In this document: piece after piece, positions 1 to 12,059 of the stretch
Layout: each line of letters opens with the position of its first letter
Position numbering within the stretch: position 1 is the stretch's first letter
Assembly: GCF_006345805.1 (NCBI RefSeq)
Contig: NC_042998.1
Location: 115,382,001-115,446,000 of the forward strand
Source: Octopus sinensis
Lineage: Eukaryota
DNA length: 64,000 nt
Direction: 5' to 3'
Notes under the pieces: model-generated
What the model was told of the DNA's origin: nothing
The model's database searches: none
The model's input: the letters and a program-made list of their open reading frames with translations, nothing else
Made by a program: the position numbers and the translations under genes

Positions 1-136
1 GCCAGCTGGAGAAGATGTTTTCCTGGTGCTACAAGCTACAGTAGCATCCACCCTTAGTGGTCAGCCACATTTAAGTGGTGAATATACTTCACATTGTCGT
101 GCAGCTACTGTTTATACCTCGTTCACAGATTTATCG

Positions 137-190
<54 letters not shown>

Positions 191-940
191 TCAGACATTC
201 TAAAAGTTAAAACTGCAAAAACATCACAGAATTGTTACTCAGAGTCTCCCGTTTCCGCTCGTCGGACAGTTATAATAAAGAGTTCTATTTTTCCACATAG
301 TTTTGTACTCACGTGCTTACTCGTGTGTTTGTGTGTGTGTCTCTGTGTGTGTGTGTGTGTGTCTGTGCATAATTCATAATTGAGAAACACCACCTATACC
401 AGATAAAAATTCATGAATACGTAAAAAAACTGTCATAACTTGACATTAAACATATCAATCTCTAATCCTTTTCCACGCTCCTTAATTTTGTCAATCTTCT
501 AGCTTATTTACTTCTATTGTATTACTTACCATTTTTGCATCACTTTTATGTTCTTCTTTCCCAGATTAATAATTTATTACTCTTTTCTCAACTGTAATAT
601 GTTTTTCCAGGTTCTTCATTATTAAAATATCTGATTGTCAGAAGGCATTAGGTCATTAGTGCTATCGAAAAATAGAGGAAACGGAATTGGAAGTTAAAAA
701 ATAAACATATGCTAAACACCTTTCAAAATTATCGTGAATACATAGATATACAAAGGGTAGAAGAATGGTGTGATAGTGAAACAGGGTAATCTCCGAACGT
801 GTGAAACTAACCCGTGTACGTTTTTTCCTACCTTCATAATTTTTTTAATTTCCTTTCCTCTCTTCCTTCTCTTTCCAATCTCTCAAAGACTTTCTTCTAA
901 TATTTGAAGAGCACTGTGTCCGAAACGCTATGAAGGAAGG

Positions 941-980
<40 letters not shown>

Positions 981-1289
981 TTCAACACAAGAACTCATAT
1001 AACGAATCTTGCAAACCAAATCCAAAAACGAAATACACACACACACACGCGCGCGCGCGCGCATGTAATTGTGTGTATGTGTCTGTGTTTGAATGGTGTC
1101 TGCTGATAACTTTGATTCCTTCAATTGGTTTCAAAAACTACTTTTACAAGAAAATTCGCAGATGATAGCGATTTTGCAAAGCATATTTACAGATTGTTAT
1201 ATTGTAAAAGATTTATCGACATTTCAACTGCATTGCAATACGCCTGGCTTTCCATGGCAGTACAACATACATATGTACAGACACACACA

Positions 1290-1332
<43 letters not shown>

Positions 1333-1699
1333 GCTCACATTGACTAAAATTATGTTAATATTTAAGAGTTGAACTTGTAAAACCTCTTCCCGGAAGCCAA
1401 AATCTTTGTGTCAGGATGCTCTTTAACTTCCGTCTTAGAAAAATACGTACACCAAATACCTAGGTATTAATGGAAATATATATTACAAATTTATTATCAA
1501 CAACGATAGTGCATCCAAAGAGTATCCGAAGAGTATTATGCCAGACTTTCCTCTTACAGCAATACAGTATCCTACAATACAAAAACCTGAATGAGAAATA
1601 CATTACATAGCACAGAAATATTATGCATGGGTATGTCTCCTATGTACTAAAAAGGGATAAAAATACTAACATCAAGTGTAACCTTCCTTGGATTAGCGG

Positions 1700-1950
1700 C
1701 TGCTACATTATGTCGCATTTTGAAGGCTAAACTTTCGAAATCCAAGGACAAGAGTTAGTTACGAAATATCTCCAGAAATAAACGGACAGTGAAACCCTTA
1801 AAATCCTATGATGCAACGGAAAGTGTCAATTATGTCGCTCTTCTGAGGAGAATATTACGCATGCAATCAGCAGTTCTCTAAAAGTATCAGGGAAGATAAA
1901 CAATGCCATCCGTAGAGTAGACTGCATTGAGATAAATATAAACACCACCT
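1700..1950 (+). pseudogene. Degraded R4/Dong-type non-LTR retrotransposon, pre-endonuclease CCHC-knuckle region
   Basis: Manual translation with stops: EG*TFEIQGQELVTKYL...GKCQLCRSSEENITHAISS, resembling the ETE.FI.AIQDQ.L.T...KCRLC....E.I.H.ISSC segment of RLE-type LINEs. Confidence 0.55.
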
Positions 1951-2089
1951 GTTCAATTAGCACAAGGTATACTGGTACAACATACCCATGAAAACTTTAA
2001 AACTTTCCCTAATTGCTAACATAACACATAAAAGCATAAAACGTCATCCCGAATCATGTAAACTCACAGGGCTAGTTGGATATTCTGGT

Positions 2090-2267
2090 TTCCCTCTGAA
2101 TGGGATGCTGGTCCATCGCAGGATTTTTTATTGTTGCCTGGTCGGTGAACTAGAGCAACGAGAAATGATGCATTTTGCTCAAGAACACAACTCATTGTCC
2201 GGTCTAGGAATCGAGAACACAATCATATGATCATAAATCCAATATCCTAACCAGTAAGCCATACGCC
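2090..2267 (-). mobile_element. tRNA-head SINE, family C (degenerate)
   Basis: Minus strand reads GGCGTATGGCTTACTGGTTAGG (A-box-like)...GTTCTCGATTCC (B-box-like)...GTTGTGTTCTTGAGCAA; similar to 47911 and 62690 copies. Confidence 0.65.
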
Positions 2268-2739
2268 AGTCTTGATAGTTATTTGGGACAGAAGAGAAAA
2301 CGGATCTTTTCTGTTACTATCACAGTTTTCAACTTTTTGCTTAAGTAATTTCTTTGACAACGAATCAAACCGTAAACCCTAACCCTAAAACTAAACTCTA
2401 GCTCTAAACTTAACCCTAAATCCCAAACTTACCCTTAATTACAGGCATTTTTTGGTAATTTTTCGTAAAAACAAATTCGTTGAGGAATATTTTCCTTTAT
2501 AAATTATTTACATAATCGCTCGATTGTTTCACATGATTTTACTCATTCAAACTTATTAAAACTTTTCACAACTTTCGTCGTCGTAAAGTTTTAATGTTTT
2601 GCATTTATTTTGTTTAATAAAAATTCGTCGTTGTAATGCTTTTGCTTACGTTTTGTGATCAGACAACAGAAAATGCAGCTTCCAAATCCTGTTTTCTGAC
2701 TGAGAAAAAAATTATCAATCTTTAAACCTCTGTTATTTT

Positions 2740-3170
2740 CCGAAAACATTCCTTGAGCATGTGAATAACAAAATCGGATTCACCGTAAACAATTACGTCA
2801 ATACACCAAATTTGAAAACTTCCACTAGATTTAAAACTTTGAAAATGTGTGTTGACAACAAAGTCTCCAAAAAAGCCGTGTTGTCATATAAGTTAGCTGC
2901 TCTTTAGATATGAACATCTCTTCTAAAATCAGCGAGGAGAAGACATCTATAGACAACCGCTTCGAAGCTTGCAAATACTGAATAAAAATTTGCAGTATAC
3001 CTGTAATCATTAGTGCTCTCGGTTATTTAATAAATGTCTAGGCTACAATCTGAAGAAGTTAGGATTTTCAAACGAAGAAAGCGGCTGTCTGATACAAACT
3101 TTCCCGATGCAATCAGTAACTGGGAGAATAAAATACATAAGAATTTCTTAAATTTCGATATGTGACAATT
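2740..3170 (+). pseudogene. Degraded restriction-like endonuclease (RLE) domain of R4/Dong-type LINE
   Basis: Translation VSCSLDMNISSKISEEK...IPVIISALGY matches the (D/E).SCP.D.N...K..EK...IP.IIGALG pattern of RLE LINEs; contains stops. Confidence 0.55.
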
Positions 3171-3364
3171 GTTGTTATTCAAATAAGAAGAGGGAATTCA
3201 GTTAGAAATTATTGTACGATGTGCTGTATTTCATTAGTGCCATAGAACCATAATTGGTAGAACGTTAATTATTCAGAAATATTAGCCAACAGCTGACATC
3301 CTATAATGTTCACACTTCACTATTATAAACCTCTAAGTGTTTCAAAGAAGCAGTAAAATAATTC

Positions 3365-3510
3365 CTTCTACTTTTAGACATTGACCAGAATTTCGAGGGG
3401 AGGGCTTGTCGATTACATTGTCTCTCAGTGTTCAATTGGAACTTACTTTATCAATCCCGAAAGACAACAAAAAGCAAAATCGACATCTACGGAATTTGTA
3501 CACTGAGCGT
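3365..3510 (-). mobile_element. SINE family A, partial degenerate copy
   Basis: Reverse complement resembles the family A body (GTCGATTTTGC...TCGGGATTGATAAAGTAAGT...GTAATCGAC). Confidence 0.55.
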
Positions 3511-4036
3511 AAAGCCAAATGATATGCTGCTAAGTATTTCGTCCAGTGTGCAAACGATTCTGCCAGATCGCTGCATTACGAATATTGAATAATGCGATAT
3601 AATTAAGAAAAAAAAATCATCATGGGTTCTTTCCTTTGTCTTGTATAGAATTTTCATTAAAACGCGCAATTGCTCAAATAAGTGTCTGCATTTTATATTT
3701 TCTCATATATACACACATACATACCGATAAAAGTAAATACATATTTCTAGAAATGATTCTTACCGGACATCAATGCCCTCTCTACTCATACTTCAGATAC
3801 GGTTTACATCGTTAATTAATAATATCCCTTCGTTATTCCATAACAACTAACCAGAATTTGCTATTAATATTTCTCTTAAGTGTTCATTAAATCACACGTC
3901 ATATTCTATTTTCATAACCGTCCGACAAAAGGCAAACACTGTCTCAGGGAAAGGGTTTGTGAAGTTTCAGTTTCCATTGATCAACATCACTATGTTTTCA
4001 GTATTAGGAACACTTTCAAATTGCTCCTTTTTCCAC

Positions 4037-4134
<98 letters not shown>

Positions 4135-4189
4135 GGACATACACAAGCACATATATATCTGCATAATAAGTATGTACATGTGAGTGTGT

Positions 4190-4551
4190 GCCTGGTTCCG
4201 GGTTCAGTTCCACTGAGTAACACCTTGGGCAAGTGTCTTCTACTATAGCCTCGGGCCGGCCAAAGCTTTGTGAGTGGATTTGAAAGAAGGAAACTGAAAG
4301 AAGCCCGTCGTATATATATATAAATATATGCCTGTGGGTGTATATGTTTGTGTCTGTGTATGTCACCCCAACATTGCTAGACAACCGACGCTGCCGTGTT
4401 TACGTCCCCGTAACTGAGCGGTTCGGCGAAAAAGAGTGATAGAATAAGTTCTAGGCTTATAAAGAATAAGTCCTAGGGTCGATTTGCTCGACTAAAGGCG
4501 GTGCTCCAGCATGGCTACAGTCAAATGACTGGAACAAGTAAAAGAGTAAGA

Positions 4552-4552
<1 letters not shown>
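4190..4552 (+). mobile_element. tRNA-head SINE, family B (5'-truncated)
   Basis: GGTTCCGGGTTCAGTTCC...CACCTTGGGCAAGTGTCTTCTACTATAGCCTCGGGCCG...GGAAACTGAAAGAAGCCCGTCG...GGTGCTCCAGCATGGC...GGAACAAGTAAAAGAG, shared with other copies in the window. Confidence 0.8.
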
Positions 4553-4617
<65 letters not shown>

Positions 4618-4917
4618 CATATACACATAGACTCACAAAAACACACACACATGTATGCATCTACGTGTATCTCTGTATGTGTTTGCGAATGTATATATGT
4701 TTACATCTTGTATCATAATTTGTAAGCACGCTTTGGTGTAGGCAAGTTTGACTACAACTCATAGAAAATTTAAAAGAGAAAGAAATTATATAAAAAATAC
4801 TACAGAAATTTATATAAAGAACATTAAAGCAAAAAAAAATACATATCTTTGATATTGAGCAAAGAGTATTGTTTATCAAGATTAAATGAATTGACTGCTT
4901 CTTCCTTCCAGAAAGGA

Positions 4918-4969
4918 TAATAATAATAATGATAATAATAATAATGATAATAATAATAATAATAATAAC

Positions 4970-5018
<49 letters not shown>

Positions 5019-5075
5019 GTAATAATAATAATAACAACGACGACTATGATAATGATGATGATTATGATGATATAA
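4918..5075. repeat. (TAA)n microsatellite
   Basis: Direct reading. Confidence 0.95.
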
Positions 5076-5279
5076 CGTGCATACATACATATATATATTT
5101 AAATACATATCTGTACATGTATATATATATATATGTATATATAAATCTATATATATATATATATATATATATTAATATATATATATATATATACACACAC
5201 ACTTTGTAGTCATGCGTATATCGTCAACGAAATGAAAAAAAATTCAGTGAAAAATGAATAAACATTTCAGTTGATATCA

Positions 5280-5314
5280 ATAACAATAACAACAATATTA
5301 AAAGTAATAATAAT

Positions 5315-5370
<56 letters not shown>

Positions 5371-5464
5371 TTACAACTGTAGTAGCAGCAGCAGTAGTAT
5401 TAATATTGGTGGTGTTGGTGGTGGTTGTGGTGATGCTGGCGGTGGTGGTAGTAGTAGTAGTAGT

Positions 5465-5499
<35 letters not shown>

Positions 5500-5524
5500 T
5501 AGTAGCATCAGCAGCAGCATCAGC

Positions 5525-5574
<50 letters not shown>

Positions 5575-5605
5575 AGTAGTAGTAGTGGTAGTAGTAGTAG
5601 TAACA
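5280..5605. repeat. Compound (TAA)n/(GTA)n/(GCA)n trinucleotide array
   Basis: Direct reading; source of the poly-I/poly-V/poly-T ORFs. Confidence 0.95.
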
Positions 5606-6080
5606 ACGGCACAATTGACATAATATATTTCGAACGACTAGTTTACAACAAAGGTGAGAACAGCATGAGATCGTAATCCAGGAAGTTATAAGAAATACAA
5701 TCGTAAAAGATTGTTAAACAAATGCATACGCTTACATTCCTGCGTACATAACAAACATCCTAACACATATACTGCTTCTGCATTTATATTTAAGTACACA
5801 CTCAGTCTCATATGTTTATACATATACATAAATGTACATGTGTAAGCATGTGTGTGTGGTGTGTGTGTGTGTGTGTGTGTATAAAATTCAGACTATGTGT
5901 ATTTGTGTGCGTGCCTTTGTGCATTGAATTGAAAAACATTTGGTATTTGTCAGGTAAATACAGACTTCTCAACATTTTAATACAATTAAAATTTAATTAT
6001 AAAAACAAGGCTGATAATATTTGTATGCGTTGGTGTGTATGCATACATGCTCTTGTATATTATATATATATATATACATA

Positions 6081-6117
<37 letters not shown>

Positions 6118-6176
6118 GCACATATATATATATGTATACATCTGTACACACATATATATATATATACACATAGATG

Positions 6177-6222
<46 letters not shown>

Positions 6223-6829
6223 TATATATATATATTATATATATATATATATATACATATATACATACTTACATACATACACACATACCCACACATATGC
6301 GCGTATGTGCACGAGTATATTTCAAATTCTTTATATAACAGGCAATCTATTGATATCTCACATTTTAAAAGAATTATATCATTCGAGATAAAAAGTATAA
6401 TTTAATTTATTGCAACGGTTCCATGCATATTTCGCTAAATTCATTGATTCGTGGTTCGTGGTGGTAGTGGTAAAGAGTGTGGATATGGAGGTGATATATG
6501 TGTATAATTGTGTGCATGTGTTACAGTGTGTGTGAGTCCTTTTGTGCGTATGTATAAGCATGTGTATGTTAATAAAAACCATGTCAAAATGTCTGTGAAA
6601 TTAGAATTGTTAGCGTTTAGCAGGGGAGATAACTGTTGGCCCTGGGTTACGGCATCATTTTGTTGTTACATCAATCACTTTCTAATCGTTACTGCTCCGT
6701 TACATGTATGTAAATATGTACATATATTCGTCTATAGGAATAAACACCTCTCTCAGTAAATGTATGTCTGACAGTATATGCATTATGATACGTAATGTGC
6801 GAAAATTAAAATATTACTCGCAGTTTATC

Positions 6830-7010
6830 TTTATCTTTTAACTTTTAATTGCTTCAATCCTTAGACGTCGGCCATACCTGGAAGAATTTTAGTACTTATT
6901 ATTTTTAAAGAAAACCTGGTACTTAGTCTATCGGTCTCTTTTATCGAATCGATAAGTTCAGGAGATGTTAACAAACCAACACTGGTTGTCAAGTGGTGGT
7001 GGGTGACAAA
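6830..7010 (-). mobile_element. SINE family B, 3' part
   Basis: Reverse complement of the family B 3' half (GACAACCAGTG...AAGAGACCGATAGACTAAGTACCAGG). Confidence 0.6.
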
Positions 7011-7183
7011 CACAAGCTCAAAGTCTCCCTCTCTCTCTCTCTGTCTCTCTCACGCACACACATACACACATGCACGCACATACACACAGACATACACTCA
7101 CACACACACACACATACATACATACATATATATATATTATATATATATATATATATAATATATATATATATATATACATATAC

Positions 7184-7293
7184 GTGATGGGCTTCTTCCG
7201 TGTACCACATCCACTAGGAAGGCTTTGGTCGGTCCAAGAAGTATTATAGGGTTCCCCAATGCACCACGTAGTGGTATTGAACCCCAAACCACA
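7184..7293 (-). mobile_element. SINE family B, 5' part (degenerate)
   Basis: Minus strand GTGGTTTGGGGTTCAATACCACTACGTGGTGCATTGGG...GGACCGACCAAAGCC...GGAAGAAGCCCATCAC. Confidence 0.65.
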
Positions 7294-7313
7294 CTCTACA
7301 TACATACATACAT

Positions 7314-7406
<93 letters not shown>

Positions 7407-8554
7407 CATACATACTTACATACATACATACATACATGCATACATACATGCACGCATACATACATACATACAGTCCCGTCGAATTTGGTCAAAAGGATGA
7501 TTGAACGAACTTAGCCAAGCGGACAATTGATCAAGTTCGGACAAATGGTCAGTTGATTGAATTCGCGCGAACGTATTCAAGTGGAGAGTTGATCCAATTT
7601 GGTTGCTATTTCGTGTAGAACGAGCAGCCACCTATAATTTCTTGGTTGTGTCCCATGTTGTTGATATAATAAGGGTCTATCGAAATGGGATTCAGTCACT
7701 ACGTCCCTTTGGAGTCCAGTGAACGAAGGGACGTGTTTATCAATCAAGCGTCTTCCCATCGGAGCTAACCCACCCCAAATTTTGAAAATAACGCACAACA
7801 CTCGCCTTGCGCTAGTAAACGTTTTTTTCATGCTAGCCTTGCAGAATTTCTCCTGCAGGTCCCGGCCGAGGTAATTATTTATTTATTTGGTAGTAGAAAT
7901 ATGAATCTTTAACACGCATACCAGATTCAGTACAGCAATTTTAAACGCGACAATTCAAGTGATTTTATCGCGGGCAAAATGTAAAACATAAAATATATAC
8001 TCTGTCTCATTTGCCTTTTAAAAGTGTTCCAAGCCTGACCGTCTCATTTTAAGCGCAAGTCTCCTTTGAATATATGTATTATACCATGGGATAATATAAG
8101 AATATAATCTATTCCAGGACCCTGTGTATTGTCGAAAGTATTATATTATTCTTTGCACGAGTAATTGAAATATCTTTCTAAATAGGGGTAATCCGTTCCA
8201 TGCTAGACACAAAGTTACATAAATGGATATGATCTTTTATTTGTCGTACTGTCAATAGCAAATACACAAATATGTGCGTGTGCATATGAGTGTATGTGTG
8301 TGAGAGAGTGAATGAGTGATTGAGTGAGTGAGTGAGTGAGTGAGTGAGTGTGTGTGTGCGTGTGCGTGCGTGTGTGTGTGTGTGTGTGTGAGAGAGTGAA
8401 TGAGTAATTGAGTGAGTGAGTGAGTGAGTGAGTGTGTGTGTGCGTGTGCGTGTGCGTGCGTGTGTGTGTGTGTGTGTGAATTTTGTGCTTTTCCGATTGC
8501 ATTGATTTTGTTGATCCTTTGTCGAGCGGGTTGTAAAAGCCCTTCCAGCACATA

Positions 8555-8590
8555 TACACGTGTTTCACGATTGAGTATAATTTTCGTCAG
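8555..8590 (-). ncRNA. Degenerate type I hammerhead-like motif
   Basis: Minus: CTGACGA...GAAAC-ACGT-GTA; palindromic stem III, weak stems I and II. Confidence 0.5.
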
Positions 8591-8937
8591 AAAATCTGTT
8601 TGCTACGCAATTTTTCATTTGGCGTGATTTGGTATATAGTTTTCCAACACGTATGCGCGTGCGTAGTTTGCTCGTGGTTTCTCTGATCAAATTTAGGCTC
8701 GTTATGCGAGTTTGTCTTCAGAGAATTTGTTCATTTAAAAAAGAACCGTTCGTATATATGAGGAACCTATATGTGTGTGTGTGCGCGCGTGTACATAATA
8801 TATTTTAAATATATATATATGTATATATATTAATATATATACATGCATCATATATAGATACATAGATATACACACACACACACACACGCTCAGACATACA
8901 CACACACGCACAAATATTTCCGTTTTAGGTAACATTT

Positions 8938-9389
8938 TGGATATTTTCGGTTTGAATGGCACTTTTTTCTAGCGGTGTCATATGAAATTGTCACCCATAA
9001 TTATGACCCTAGTATCAATCTATTGCATTTCAAACTATTTTAGGGTTAGGGTTAGTTAGGGTTAGTTAGGGTTAGTTAGGGTTAAGGTTAGGGTTAGGTG
9101 TGGGGGGGGAGGGTATCTGTTTTTCTTCACAAATGTAGATAAACCCAATCTGTTTCTTAAACGAGGGATATATTCATACGGCACAGAATGTTTATAACCT
9201 CAATGCATGTCATTGATTGGTTGAAATTGCAGAAATTAAAGAAAAAAATATCATACAAACTATAGAATTTTCTCAATAAAACCAAGAGAAAAAGATGTTT
9301 TATAAACACATTCTACCAGTATACGAAGTTTAAAATTTTTTAGTTACCTAGAAATTGTTAAAAACTGCCGTTCAAACCGAAAAGATCCA
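8938..9389. mobile_element. 452-bp MITE-like element with internal TTAGGG-like tract
   Basis: 30-bp TIRs TGGATATTTTCGGTTTGAATGGCACTTTTT / TGGATCTTTTCGGTTTGAACGGCAGTTTTT (3 mismatches); ACATTT on both flanks; telomere-like repeats at ~9040-9100. Confidence 0.75.
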
Positions 9390-10028
9390 ACATTTTTTCG
9401 TTCTATCTCTCTGGTTTCTTCGTCTCCTTGTTTTTTGTTTATATTTCTATTTTATATCATTCTTTGTTTTGTCTTTCAGTGTTTCCTTTCTATTTTCTTT
9501 TTTACTTCTTTTCTTTTACTTCTTACTCCAAATCTTGTTCTTCAGACTTTCTCTCTCCCTTTCTACTGGTGTTTCCATGGTTGTCCAGCTGGAACATATG
9601 GTAAGCCATAATGGGAACTGTCATAATGTCTATTCGTAACAACATGGTGACACTGTTAAACAAAGCAGTTGAATTACAGGCGCAATTTTTACTGAGGATG
9701 GTGTTTCAAAATTAAATTAGCAGGCTCGGGTTTCACAGTTGCAAACACACGCACCCAATTGCACACCAACGTACACACAGCAGCCACCCATACAGAAGCA
9801 ATCACACACAGATACAGTTATGCAAGCGTAGAATATGCACAGCCATGCACAAACGCATATGTGCACGCAAACATATTCATTCGTGTCAATGTTCATACAC
9901 ATGAATGTATATGTTAACTGATAAGTGGACTCAAAAACTCATGTACACCCATATCAACTAACGCACAGTGTTCGTACACATATATATGTATATACACAGA
10001 ATATACAAACACTTACATACAGACAGAA

Positions 10029-10258
10029 GGCGGCGAGCTGGCAGAAACGTTAGCACGCCGGGCGAAATGCGTAGCCGTATTTCGTCTGCTGTTACGTTCT
10101 GAGTTCAAATTCCGCCGAGGTCGACTTTGCCTTTCATTCTTTCGGGATCGATAAATTAAGTACCAGTTACGCACTGGGGTCGATGTAATCGACTTAATCC
10201 GTTTGTCTATCCTTGTTTGTCCCCTCTGTGTTTAGCCCCTTGTGGGTAGTAAAGAAAT
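10029..10258 (+). mobile_element. tRNA-head SINE, family A (full length)
   Basis: GGCGGCGAGCTGGCAGAAACGTTAG (A-box-like)...GAGTTCAAATTCC (B-box-like)...GGTAGTAAAGAAATA; many related copies in window. Confidence 0.85.
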
Positions 10259-10413
10259 ATATATATATGTATATACATAGAATATACAAACACTTTCATA
10301 CAGACAGAAGGAGACAGACTCACACGCATGTCCTGATTCACTCAGCGGGCAGAAACACACATATACACGCATATTGACAAACGCACAATGTTCGTACACA
10401 TACGCACACACAC

Positions 10414-10451
<38 letters not shown>

Positions 10452-10581
10452 ACAAACATACAAACACACTCACAAACATATCTATATTTATATCTATATC
10501 TATCTTTCTATCTTTCTCTGTCTCTCTCTCCCCCTATGCCCCCTCTCCCCCTCTCTCTGTATATATATTCTTTTATATACA

Positions 10582-10800
10582 GGCGTTGGCAGACTCGTTA
10601 GCGCGCCGGGCGAAATGCTTAGCGGTAATTCGTCTGTCGTTAAGTTCTGAATTCAAATTCCACCGAGGTCAACTTTACCTTTCATCCTTTCGGGGTCGAT
10701 AAATAAAGTACCAGTTTCGCACTGGGTCGATGTAATCGACTTAATCCCTTTGTCTGTCCTTGTTTGTCCCCTCTATGTTTAGCCCCTTGTGGGCAATAAA
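10582..10800 (+). mobile_element. SINE family A
   Basis: Aligns by eye to 10029-10258. Confidence 0.85.
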
Positions 10801-10814
10801 AAAAAATATATATT

Positions 10815-10990
10815 CTTTTATTCTTTAACTTGTTCCAGTCATTTGTCTGCGGTCATGGTAGAGCGCTACGCACTACCTTAAAGGGTTTTAGCCGGAAAAA
10901 TCAACCCCAAGGCTTATTCTTTGTAAGTCTAGTACTTATTCTGTTTATTACTTTTGCCCAGCCGCTATGTTACGGGGATGTATATGCATC
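10815..10990 (-). mobile_element. SINE family B, 3' part
   Basis: Reverse complement of family B 3' half (CCCCGTAACATAGCGG...GAATAAGTACTAG...GACAAATGACTGGAACAAG). Confidence 0.6.
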
Positions 10991-11042
10991 AACACAGTTT
11001 GTCAAGTGATGGTGAGAGAAAACGTAGACACAAAAACTCACA

Positions 11043-11086
<44 letters not shown>

Positions 11087-11094
11087 ATATATAT

Positions 11095-11256
11095 ACGGCG
11101 GGCTTCTTTCAGTTTCCGTCTACGAAATCCACTCACGAACCTTTGGTCGGCCCGAGGCTATAGTAGAAGACACTTGTCCAAGGAGACGTGCAGTAGGACT
11201 AAACCCAGAACCGTGTGTTTAGGAAGCAAGCTTCTCACCACACAGCCGCGCCTGCA

Positions 11257-11258
<2 letters not shown>
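11095..11258 (-). mobile_element. SINE family B, 5' part
   Basis: Minus: GGCTGTGTGGTGAGAAGCTTGCTTCC...GGGTTTAGTCCTACTGCACGT...GACGGAAACTGAAAGAAGCCCGCCG. Confidence 0.8.
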
Positions 11259-11298
<40 letters not shown>

Positions 11299-11330
11299 AA
11301 TGTAACATGTGACAATTATTCGGTAGCCAT

Positions 11331-11391
11331 GATAAAACTCCGAGTTTCGGAGGCCGAGGTGGAAATCCATGCTGCCATCTCTTCAGTTATC
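11331..11391 (-). ncRNA. Type I hammerhead motif in a solo PLE terminal-repeat remnant (same family as 39092-39154)
   Basis: Minus: GATAA-CTGAAGA-GATGG...CCTCC-GAAAC-TCGGA-GTT-TTATC; stem I 5 bp, canonical core, imperfect stem II. Confidence 0.7.
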
Positions 11392-11431
11392 CGGCCATCG
11401 GATAAATACTATGAAAAATTTTTTTATATAT

Positions 11432-12059
11432 TATATAAAATCCGTTCTGTGTGTGTGTGTGTGTGTGTTCTATGATCTTGGGCATCCTCCATCCGATTAT
11501 GCTCAAACTTGATATGTAGATACCGATGGCACCAGAGCGTGTATAAGTCTTGAAAAAATTACAAAAATCGATTCCAGGTGAAAATGCGATCGAAAAAGCC
11601 GTGGGAACGTGCATTTGTACGCGCAAGTTCATCAGCTCTTGCGATCGATTTTCCATCTAGATTTACCTCCAGGTAACCCATTTACATGCATCGTTTTTGT
11701 CCTGCTTTTCTTCCGTAAACATGTACCTAACTGCACCTTCCATATTTTGTTGTTCTTGTACTGCTTAAAGGCACGTTTCTTTCCTGCCAAGCTTACTATT
11801 TAAACCATGTTTGTGTTCTCCCAGTGAACAGCCTTATCATTACTGGTACTTTAAACTCTTTGGTTGCATATTTGTGTGAATAAAATCGTTTTTCTTTGGA
11901 ATAAAAAAAATGTTTATCTTTATTTCTTCTTTTGCTGGTGTCTCAAATTTAGGTTAAATCAGTGTTCCTCAAAAGGGAGGCCTATGGGAAAGTTGGACAC
12001 GTTGTTTTGAGAAATTTTGGTTTAAATGTTTGATAACTCAGCACAGTCCATTTTGCTCG
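11432..12059 (+). mobile_element. Non-autonomous Helitron-like element, copy 1
   Basis: Starts TATAAAATCCGTTCTGT(GT)n, ends TTTTGCTCG; colinear with 52762-53454. Helitron class inferred from layout only. Confidence 0.6.

Noticed and set aside
900-935. TTGAAGA...CGAAACGCTA hammerhead-like string
   Set aside because: Stem II and stem III incomplete, no stem I; at most a fossil.
8285-8480. ~90-bp higher-order duplication of GAGT/GT microsatellite
   Set aside because: Ordinary slippage within a compound microsatellite.
9040-9100. True telomere or chromosome end
   Set aside because: Short, degenerate and enclosed by TIRs of a MITE.
10029-10110. tRNA genes at SINE heads (also 62690, 39420)
   Set aside because: A/B-box-like motifs present but no complete cloverleaf; each continues into a shared SINE body.
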